DNA of 64,000 bases. Origin: Camelus ferus. Taxonomy: Eukaryota. Where the stretch lies: positions 1,056,001 to 1,120,000 of the forward strand of contig NC_045698.1 in assembly GCF_009834535.1 (NCBI RefSeq), written 5' to 3'. Below the pieces are notes generated by a model. It worked only from the letters and a program-made list of their open reading frames with translations, ran no database searches and was not told the origin of the DNA. The position numbers were made by a program, and so were the translations under genes. Shown here in pieces: positions 1 through 9,700 of the stretch (position 1 is its first letter; each line of letters starts with the position of its first letter).

Positions 1-1364
1 CTCTGTCACTGTGTCCCAATCCCATGGCCCTCTGGCCACCAGAGATGTGTGACCTTCAAGATGTGGTCGTGCTGTTTTCCATCCTGGGTGGGTTGATGGT
101 GTGGAGGAGACACTGAGGTTTCAGAGGTGCCGGCGGGTGGGTAACCCTTGGAGCCCAGCTGTGGGACACAGACCTCGGCTGCTGACCCGGCGGCCACCGC
201 AGGCACTTTCAAAGGGAGAGGCCGGGGCAGGGAGGGGTGCCGGGTTTTCCTCACGGGACTGTGGAGCACCTGGGGTGCAGGGCCAGCTGGGCGTGGGGGC
301 AGGCTCCTGACTGGGGCTCCGAGGCACATCTGGGACCGTGTGGGCCCGTCAGCTCTGTCCTGTGCCCCAGGTGCTCAGGACACCATGTTAGTGCTGTCTC
401 CCCCGTGCCCACCGAGGCCGACTCCAGGCGTGTCCCCTGTCCAGCTTTTCACGTTGGCCGCGGTAGGGGGTCGTGAGATGAACTGTTTGCCAAGCCAGGA
501 TGCGCGAATGGCTGCTTTGCAACTTTTGCAAAAGTGAAGCTGCGTGCAGTGGGGGGAATTGTGCAGTGGCCTCCCCCCAGGTGCCTGGTCAGTCCCAGTG
601 CTCACGGCCAGGGTGCTCCCGGGCACCCCTGCTGCCTGTCCTGAAGCCGGGCTGGGACGTGGTGTCCTCGGGTCCGAAACCCGCCAGGGCACACCCCCAG
701 AAGGTGTCACGTCTGCAGCGGCAGCGCCACACCTGAACTTAACCGTGGTTCTTTGAAATTAAGTATCTTGGTGGTGATAAATAGTCCCAATCGTGTCATA
801 TTTTTAATGATTTTGCAGCTTGTTGGACTCCGAATCCAAATGAGTTCTGTGCATTGTGGTTGTCAAAGTGCTCAGTTTCTCTTAACCTGCAGGCGCCCAC
901 ACGTCCCTCCCCCCGCCTGGGGGGCCCCTGTCGTCCAGGGCCCACAGTGGCCTGGCCGCGGCCGTCTCTCCCGGCGGCCCTGCCCTCTGGAGGGGGCAGC
1001 CGGCTAGGAGGCAGCAGCGGCAGCAGATCTGACCCTAGCGGGGAGCTGCTGCGGTGGCGGCAGGCCCGTGGGCCCTTGCCTGGGCACTCCTGGCTCTGGT
1101 TCCGGTTCCTCTGCTGTGGGCGACCGTCTCCGGGTCTGCAGCTCTGGCAGGAGGGTCGATGCGCTCCCTGCTCTTAGTGTGAGCGCTGGTGCGGGGCGGG
1201 ACCGGCTCCCCGCCGAAGGCGGCCGAGAGCTCCCTTCTTTCCCTTCATTTACCACCTTGAAAATAATGCGTTGATTCCCTGCAGTAAGGAAGCAAATGGT
1301 TTAAAAACCTCTCTGGGGACCATGGATGTAATCGTATTGTTGTGTTTCGGGCCTTTGCAGTCAT

Positions 1365-1454
1365 GGTGCCCTCGTCCCCCAGGAGCCCTCGGGCCCAGGT
1401 GCCCTCGCATCCAGGTGCCCTCGCCCCCAGGACCCTCGCTTCTCAGGTGCCTCG
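1365..1454. repeat. 16-bp minisatellite, about 6 copies (GGTGCCCTCGNNNCCA), in an NDUFS6 intron
   Basis: Units start at 1365, 1382, 1398, 1414, 1430 and 1446. Confidence 0.85.
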
Positions 1455-1689
1455 TCTGTCACCCCTTGTGGAGCAGCCGTCGGGGTCTGGGGCTTCCTCC
1501 CCCAGCACAGCGTGGCTCAGGCTCACCTGTCACGTGTCCTGCCTGGGGCCCAGAACCAGCTGAGTTTTCAGAACCCTGTCCTGTCAGAGTGAGTGGGAGA
1601 GGCGGGGCTCCCTGCCCTGGGGCTAGTCGCTGCCTCTAGTCTTTTCCAGCAGGTGAGGGGTGGGGAACAGGCGACAGGCCGGTGGGGTG

Positions 1690-1792
1690 GGATGTTAGTA
1701 TCCGCGAATCCAGTCAAAGGCAGGTGAGAATTTCCTGTTCTTGCAGTTCTTGCAACTTTTCTGTGAGTTTGAAATTATAGCCAACTGAAAAG
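1690..1792 (+). mobile_element. Ancient L1 (L1MC/L1ME-like) 3'-end fragment
   Basis: ttcttgcaacttttctgtgagtttgaaattat resembles the remembered conserved 3' terminus of old L1M elements. Confidence 0.5.
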
Positions 1793-1987
1793 CAACTGCG
1801 CACGTGTGTTAAGTTGCTGTGTGCCTGGGAGATGCACGGTGATGATACTTCAGTCGAGTGGAGCGGTCTGCGCCCTTCCTGGGAGTGCGCGAACATCCGT
1901 GGGCGCTGCCTGCGTGACTTTAAACTCCGTGCACGTGTCTAGTTTCTGCACTTGTCTGTACAGGCTTTTCTGTCTCTCTTGCTCCAG

Positions 1988-2110
1988 GTAAATGAGAACT
2001 TTGCCATCGATCTGATAGCAGAGCAGCCTGTGAGCGAAGTCGGGAGTCGAGTCATATCGTGTGACGGCGGCGGGGGCGCCCTGGGCCACCCGCGAGTCTA
2101 CATAAACCTG
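1988..2110 (+). CDS. NDUFS6: NADH:ubiquinone oxidoreductase subunit S6, penultimate coding exon (exon 3 in the human gene model); 123 nt, phase 0/0
   Basis: Translates to [41 protein letters not shown], recognisable as NDUFS6. It is preceded by a polypyrimidine tract and AG (1986-1987) and followed by a GTAATG donor (2111). It carries the zinc ligands Cys (TGT 2060-2062) and His (CAC 2087-2089). Upstream exons lie outside the window. Confidence 0.97.
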
Positions 2111-2860
2111 GTAATGCACCGCCCGACCTGTCCTGTCCTGCCCACCCCCCACGGCACTCTCCCGCCTGGCCTTGGCGCAGACCGCACGAACGATAGGGAC
2201 TGAGCCACGGTGTCCAGGGCACCTCTTGTCTGACCCATGTGTGATGCCCTTAGTGTCACCAGCGCTGCGCCACCTTCCTCCCAAACACGTGGGGTGTGTC
2301 TTTCCCCAGTAACCCTTGCCTCGGCGCCTGTGTTTATGTCCCTGAGGGATGCACACATGGAGCCTTGGAGAGCCGCACGCAGGGCAGGGGCCGAGGAGGC
2401 CCCACGCAGTAACGCCCGCGTGCGGGCGGGGGAGGGGAGGCTGTCGGCAGGACCCACCGCCGCCCCTTCTGCTGAGTCCAGGCTGGACACCAGCCCTGCG
2501 GGTGGGCCTCTGCTCGGCACCCTGCCCTCCAGTCCTTCCAGGGTGCAGCCTGCCTCGTGGGCTGGGAGGGTGGACAAGGACTCAGCCGTGGGGCCGGCAG
2601 TGGCTGCGTGCTGACACTTTTCTGTCCTTGCGGCATTGCTGGAGGTGACTGCATGTTCCAGGGCGAGGAGCCTGTGCCCCAGCAAGTCGGGTGGAGCCCG
2701 GGACCCCTGGCACAGCCACGCACGCCCGGCATTTGGCAGTGAGCTCAGAACTGCCCCAGCACCCCTCGGTGGCGGTGTGTACTTCTGGGGTCTGAAGTCT
2801 ACACCTGTCTAGATTTGAAATGGAACTTAAACAGGAACTCTTTCCTTTTGAATTTTTTAG

Positions 2861-2926
2861 GACAAAGAAACAAAGACAGGGACGTGCGGCTACTGTGGCC
2901 TGCAGTTCAGACAGCACCACCACTAG
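2861..2926 (+). CDS. NDUFS6: NDUFS6 last coding exon: DKETKTGTCGYCGLQFRQHHH*
   Basis: Acceptor ttttttAG at 2859-2860, in frame with the previous exon. The CxxC (TGC 2885-2887, TGT 2894-2896) completes the CHCC zinc site. Stop TAG at 2924-2926. This frame is missing from the ORF track because it has no start codon. Confidence 0.97.
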   Translation, partial: DKETKTGTCGYCGLQFRQHHH

Positions 2927-3301
2927 GGCGGCGCGGCGGGCCAGCGAAGGGGGCGCTCTCCTGGACGGCCGCGCACGGCTCAGCTCTCCCCGACGGCTCG
3001 GAAGTCGCACATTCACCTAGGAGGGGGGCTCGGAGAAGGTCCCCTCTGTGGTCCTGTCCCCTCTGGGGTCCTGCCGGGTGCTTCTGGGCTGCGGGGAGGG
3101 TGCCATGGCCACGCGAGGCTGGAGCTCCTGGCCCGTCTCCGACCTGCGGTCACACTTTCCTTCCGTCTGATGGGTGGTCCAGCGTCTTCAGTCCCAGGAA
3201 GTTCAATATCCATTTGAAGGTGATGGTAGTCACACGTGGGCCGGGTTAAGTACAGTCTGAATATTTTAAAGAGTCGTAATTATGATGTATTGTAAAACAA
3301 A

Positions 3302-3307
3302 AATAAA
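3302..3307 (+). terminator. NDUFS6: Probable NDUFS6 polyadenylation signal AATAAA
   Basis: First AATAAA I can find after the stop codon. It lies in an AT-rich patch with TGTA motifs just upstream (tgatgtattgtaaaac). The cleavage site is not confirmed. Confidence 0.6.
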
Positions 3308-4839
3308 AATAAGACTGAAGAAAGAAGGAGGAGGCTTGGCTGGGAATCGGGGGGGAAGGTGATGACAGGCCGAGGGGTCTCCCCAGAGCAGAGGCCTGGG
3401 TTGAGGAGAGCCTGTGGGTGGGTCACAGGGGCACAGTGAGTGAGAGAGCACATTCACCTGGTGAGAGGGGACACGTGGTGAGTTCTGATTATTGTAAATG
3501 AGGCGGTGAAACTAAACTTTAGAGAAGAGAAACCCATTTAAGCTTCTGGATGAAGAACAGAACCATAATGGGAGCTACCAGAGGGGCGCCCGGTGCTCCA
3601 TGGTCAGACCTGGGAGCCGGACGACAGTGCCCACCGTCAGGGGTCCTGGGCGTGGCTACAGTGGTGTTCACCCGTCAGGGAGGGGCATCTCTGTGGACAG
3701 GGAGGATTAGGGGGCTGCTCCTGGCTCCAGGCAGTCCCTGGGGGGGGTGGTGAGTGGGGCCGCGCAGCTCCGTGGGCTGGTGTGGGCAGTGGGTACAGCC
3801 CCAGCTCCTCGGGTGGGAGCTGCCGGGCTGGGCGGTCCGGCGGTGGGCCTGGGCTGGCCCTGCGAGTGGTCTGGGAGGTGGAGGCTCGGAGAGGAGGTGG
3901 GGATGGGCGTCCTGGGGTCTCGGTGGGGCCGGGGGGGGGTGGTGCTAGGGGGAGCCTGGAGTAGGTGAGAGCCCGTCAGCCTGACCAGGGCAGTGGGTGC
4001 ACGATGATTTCAAGCACTGAGAACATGCCTGAGTGGGAAGGGGCCGCTGAGGGGGCGCGGCTGGAAATGGGTGCAGAGAGTGCATGGGGTTGGGGTGACA
4101 GGTCCCGCACACAGGGAGGCCTCGGAACCTGGGCCAGACGGCGCAGCGGCCGGTGGGAGGGCCGGGCCGAGCCCCGGGCTGCAGGGGTCCTTCTGCCTGT
4201 GACCTGCCGAGGGTCTAGGCTCACGTGGGTGTCGGCTTTTGCCCGGTGCTTTCCCTTCACCTCTGGAACTCGGTGCTTTTTCCTGTAAGCGCCTGACGCA
4301 GTGAACTGCACTGATGGCTCTAAAGTGAACCTCTGTTTTCCCGGGGGAGCCCAGACCCTTCCCTGTGCTGTCCCCTCTGTCTGTCCTGAGGTCTTGGCAC
4401 CAGGGTCGTGCTCACCTGCAGTTGGGGGGCCCCCATTTTCTGATCAAGAACCCCAGGAAGTCCTCTGGGCCTGGCCTGGCCAGCTGTGGGCAGACCGGCC
4501 GCAGCTCTGACTCCCGTGGTGGTTCAGGGCTCCGCTTTCTTCTCGAGCTGGTTTTGGTAGCTGGTGGCTTTTTCCCCTGGAATTTCACTGTTTTACCTAA
4601 GTTTTCAACGTTGCTGGCATGAAGCTGCGGGGTGTCTACGCTCCCGTCCGTGACAGAGGCTGTGCTCTTGGTTCTGTGACTCACCCGTGCCCGGCACGAG
4701 CCTCTCACGAGTGTGAGTCGTTTTCGTCTCGAACAAGACATCCTGCCTTGAGTCTCCTCTGCTGGTGTGTCGTTTGGCTGCACCGACTACATTAAGTATT
4801 TTCATGGTTTTTTTTTTTTTCAGTCCTTCTCAACATTAA

Positions 4840-5060
4840 TGTATGTTTATGTTTTTGTCTCCAACATACAATATACTTGGTATATTGTACACTAAATACA
4901 CCTGGTTTTTATACAGTTTAAAATCCTGTCTCCCAGCTGGAGAGTTCAGTCCATTTTTACGTCATGTAACGGCTGACGTGTTGAGGTTCAAATCCACCGC
5001 TTCGTTCTGTCCCGTCTGTCCCAGCACTTTTGTGCTTCTCTTTCTCCTTTGCTTGAAAGA
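4840..5060 (-). mobile_element. Degraded old L1 internal fragment (antisense)
   Basis: AT-rich stretch. ...tttttatacagtttaaaatcctgtctccc...ggagagttcagtccattt...gtaacggctgacgtgttgaggttcaaatccacc resembles the remembered antisense L1M inter-ORF region. Confidence 0.5.
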
Positions 5061-6410
5061 ATTTGTGTTTTCATTCTCTTTTCCCTGTAATACAAGTTGA
5101 TTTTTCTTCAAAACAGAAAAGTCAGGTGAACACTGGGAAACATGATGGCAGCTCATTAGATTAAAAAATTCTTAACACACCAGTTGCAGTCGGTGTCAGC
5201 GGCTGCCTTTGCACGTGAGGACCACCGGGCTTCACCACCTACCCTACTCCCTTAGAACCCTCTGGGAAGGTCCTCCATTCCCCCATGGGTCCCATGTGGG
5301 TGGGAGGGGTCAGCCGCTGCACCCAGGGCTGGGGACCTGATTGCTTCTGCTGCTCCCCCCATCCCCAGCAATGAGCAGGAGTGGGTCCGCTTGACGTCCC
5401 CCTTGCACAGTCCCTGCGCTTCCCGGCCCTGCTTCTGCCCACCCAGTTGGATCCACCTGCAGGGCCGCTCTAGGGGGTGAGTGAGCAGGGATGGCAGGCA
5501 GGCAGCGGGCTGTCAGGAGTCAAGTGCACTTTCCCATGAGCCAGGCTGGGCTTGCCCCCCACGTCGTGTTTGGACTGCAGGTACGAAGGAGTTGCAGCGG
5601 GCTCTGCCGTGTGAGGGGTGTGAGGTCAGGGATCCACCCCAACCTCAGCCCCAAGTGTGCAGATGGGTGATGACCAGAGTCTGCCCCGGCCAGTCCAGGT
5701 GTGCACACCCACGGCACCTGTGCGAGGCCAGGTGGGTCAGGGCCTCGCCCGGGGCGCTGAGGTCACTGACATGGGGGTGAGCTCAGTGCTGTCCTGGGGG
5801 GCCCAGGCCGCCCCCTCTGCCTGGCCATGCTGGGTCCCACTGGGCCAGAACGAGGGGCGGGGGCTCCTGGGAGGGCTTCACCTGTACGTGCGCAGCGGTT
5901 CCCTGGTTTTATGGCGGATGTTTGATCTGGTTCCCCATCCTGCAGTGAGCTGGTGACTCACGTCAGCCCTCGGGTGGCTGTCATGGGTGCAGGGCCCCTT
6001 GTCCCGGCTTCAGTCACCTGCTGCCAACTTCCTTCTGACAGTACTAAATGGGTACTTTCAGAGGTAATTCGTAAGTGACACATTTCTAGGCATCCTGAGC
6101 AGTGCGATGCGGTCTCCTGTCTCTTGCCCCGTCCCGTCCTGCCCACGAGAGAATCGGCCCTGTGCCCGCGTGTCCACCCGGAATCACTTGCCGCTTCTCG
6201 GTCGGCAGCTCTGGTGTCTCGGTACGGCGGTGCTTGTGTTCAGGTGACCCTGGTTTTGCCTAGCAGTGGCCCCGGCATGTAAGCGTATGTGTGGGAAAAC
6301 ACAGCAGACGTGGGGCGGGGCACCGTCTGTGGCTTCAGGCCTCCTCTGGGCGTCTTGGAAAGTATCTGCGGGTGAGGGGGGGCCAGTGAGTCTGGGTATC
6401 CAGGCAGAAA

Positions 6411-6769
6411 CGTGCTGTTTCCTGTGGCTGGTGCTTCACTCACTCTCAGGGAGGCCGGAAGCCTGAGTCATGGGGTCCCAGGGCCTCTCGGGGCCTCGAT
6501 CCCCCCGAGGGCCAAGCCAGTGGTGTTTCCAGCCCCCCCAGCTTCTGGAGGTGCCCACAGTCCTTGGAGCTCCTGGGCTGGTGGTCCCCCGTCTCTGCCG
6601 CCCCTCCCCACGTCTTTGTCTCCACGTGGCCACCTTGTAAGGACACCTGTTCTTGGGTTTAGAATGGCCTTGTCTTAGTTAATTACACCTGCAAAGACTG
6701 ATTTCCAGATAAGGTCCAGTCAGAGGTTCTAGGGGGGCGTGAGTCTGGGGGACGCTCACCCCCAGGACA
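6411..6769 (-). mobile_element. MaLR MLT1-like solo LTR
   Basis: Diagnostic segments gtttcctgtggctg, ggaggccggaagcctgag, ccagcttctggagg, taaggacacc and taattacacctgcaaagactgatttccagataaggtc; ends ...ggaca. Confidence 0.7.
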
Positions 6770-9700
6770 GGGAACAGGGTGTGCTCTCACTGCTCTCCCA
6801 GGACAGCGCTGGGAAAGCAGGCGGGAGGAAGGCTGGGTTCTGCGGCCACTGCCCGGGAGGGGTGGCGGGGCTTGTGCTCGGATGCCCGCCGGGTGCGCAG
6901 CGCAGGCTCCACACCCGGGGACCAGCCCGCTGACACTGAGGTGGGCGTCACTGCCCAGCGCCCCCCCGGGGCTCAGCAGAGTGGTGCCGGGGAGCGGCTT
7001 CCCCAGGCGAGGAGACAAAAGTAGGGATGTTTTCTTTCTCTCTGTGAAACAATCTTCGGAATAAACACACACACTGGAGTATTTGCGGAAGAAAGTAAGT
7101 AAGTGGCATGGCCGCCTGCCAGTTCACCTCGAGACAAAAAAAACGGCAAGAATTGTTTCTGAGGTGAAATGGAAGAAAGGCAAACCCATTCACCGGGAGT
7201 GCTGGTGAGCAGGGTTTCATCGGGGGTCCAGCTGCCCCGGGGAGGGGCCGCTCCCACCGAGGGTCAGACATCACGTGGTTTGTGACCCTGCAGCTCGGGG
7301 GCATCGGTGTCTCCAGTTCAGTGCACGGCAGGTGCGTGTGTGCCCGTGTCCCTGTGCCCACCTCCCCGGGAGCCTGCCCGCCCTGCCCCTCCCCGCACGG
7401 TCCCGCCCGGCCCCGCCCCGCCGTGCAGGTGAGGAAAGTAAGCCAGAAGAGGGTGCAGCTCCGGAACGTCTGTGAACGGCCCAGACCGTCCAGCACCCCC
7501 AGGACCGCAGAGGGGCTGGTCCTCGGCCCTGGAGCTGGATCTGCACCGGACCGGGTTGACTCGCCTTCCTCTCCTGGGGTCACTGAAAGCAAAAGTCCAA
7601 ATGCAACCGGTTGACTTTTGCCGAGAGGAACCGTGTCACCTGGATGGAAGGTGAGGTTTTATGCAGCGAGTCCATGGAGACGGGACCCCATGCAGACCCC
7701 AGGGCGCTCGCCTGCTGTGGAAGCAGCGATTTATCAGCAGGTTCAGGGGCCTCACTGAGGTCTGGTCTTGTAAGTGCCCTTGGCTTCCTGGAAACAGGCC
7801 CCCCAGCCCCGTGGCCTCCAGGCTGAAACTACGGTCAATTCTCAGCACAGCCCAGAGGAAAAATACACTACCTGCCCCTGGGAGCCCCTTAGACACACCC
7901 TCCTCCTCCAGGTGTCAGGGCCCTCCTGACCCCTGCTGCACAGGCGGGGTGGCTCGGAGGGCAGGTGGGAGGCCGCACCGGGCACCCAGGATCTGGCTCC
8001 GGCCGCGGGAGGGACGGCAGCTGTGCAGACAGGTGGACGTGACGGTGTCCACAGGAATGAGGCGGGGATGCTGAGGAAGGGGTCTTGCGGGACTCCATCC
8101 ACCACTCGAGGGGCCACAGCACCCCTCGCTGAGAACTGCCCTCCATGCACCAGGACTGACATCGGGAGGTGCTGTCCTGCCACCGGGCCCCGTGCCAGCA
8201 GGTGACAGGACTCCAGGACAGTGGAGACCTTCAGGACCCAGGGTGTGGTTCCGAGTGACCAGTATCCACCCGCTGCTCTCCGAGGCTGTGGTCAGAGCTG
8301 TGGGACAATTCTTCACACGAGGACAAGAAAGATGGACAGAAGCTCAGAAGTTACCTGACTTGCACGGCAAAAACAAAACCAAAACTGACTCTGTCTCCAT
8401 CTCCAGGTCTATGGAGCCTGGACAGAGGGCGAGGCTGGGTGTGGAGGGACCCCCACCTGCGTGATGCGATCAATACATGGTCCTTCCCAAGGGCACGGCG
8501 GCCCGTCTGCGGAGTGACTGGGAACTGGGGAGGAGATGGCTTTTCCTGGACTGTGGAAGGCGGGTCTGAGGAGACGCCCGGGACAGCTGCACTGAGCAGA
8601 AGGACCGGGAACGGATGCCCAACCCGCCTTCCCAGGAGCAGCAGGCCACACAGTTCACCTGGAAAGGAGGGGCACGCGGAGTTAGGACTGGCCACTCCTG
8701 GACCTTTGGAAATGACATTGACCTGGCTGTGGGTCAGGCCTGGAAGAGGTGGAACTGGATGACCCGGGACAAAGCATTGGCTAAAGGATAGGCCGGGGGG
8801 ATCAGCACCAGCATGGCCTCGGGCAGGTGGCTGTCGGCTGTGTGGGGGTCTCAACACCGTGTGTGTATACCCTGCCCAGTGCTGGCACCGCGGGCCCAGA
8901 ACCTGCCATGGGGGAGGGACCAAGCTGTGCGAGGGCCTCTCGGGGGCCCCTCCCTCCCACCAGGCCTGGCAGAGGCTCGTCTCCCCAGCTCAGAGACCAA
9001 CGCTGGGCGCTGGCTGTGCCACCTTCCCTCACGGGCCAGCCAGGGCCTCGGTGAGCCGGTTCCATCAGGCCCCCTCCACTCTGGAGTGGGGATTCCTTCC
9101 CACTGGGAGCGGCACTCCCTCCCGGTCCCTAAAGGAGTCTCGCCCGTGAACCGGTGTCTGCACTGCTGGGCTTCATGTGACCCCAGCACCACATCTCACC
9201 AGGCTCTCACCCCAACATCCAACCTGACGGAAGGGAGACACCGAGCTGGACGCCAGGTGAGATGGCACTTTAGGGTGAGGAGCTCACGGGACCCTGCTCT
9301 GCAGGGAGCAGCTGGGAAACATGGGGCCGTCTGTACAAATGGCGGCCCTCGGACGAGGTGGCCACTGCCACTTAAACCCACACAGAGTATGGAACGTGAA
9401 GGCCTGATCGATCGTGTCCAAGTGTCATTTTTTAGGCTGAGTTCTTTTAGCAAAATGACTCTCTACCCACCTACTTTAAATTTTCTCCGATGTGTCAGTG
9501 CCGTCTGCTGGGCAGAGGTGCAGAGGTAGGCGCTGCCACTGCAGAGAGAATTACCTGCCAGAACTACACTCATCCTTCTCCACCTCGTGTCCAGACGTGG
9601 GCGTGAGAGGCTTTCAGACGTGAGGACTTTGAGGCCCTGTGAATGGAGGGTGGAGCGTGCGTGGCTGCCCCCTCCTGAGATCTGGAGCCTCGTGGACGGG

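Noticed and set aside
1952..2203. 83-aa ORF read as a complete gene
   Set aside because: Only 1988-2110 is NDUFS6 exon. The flanks are intron sequence bounded by AG and GT.
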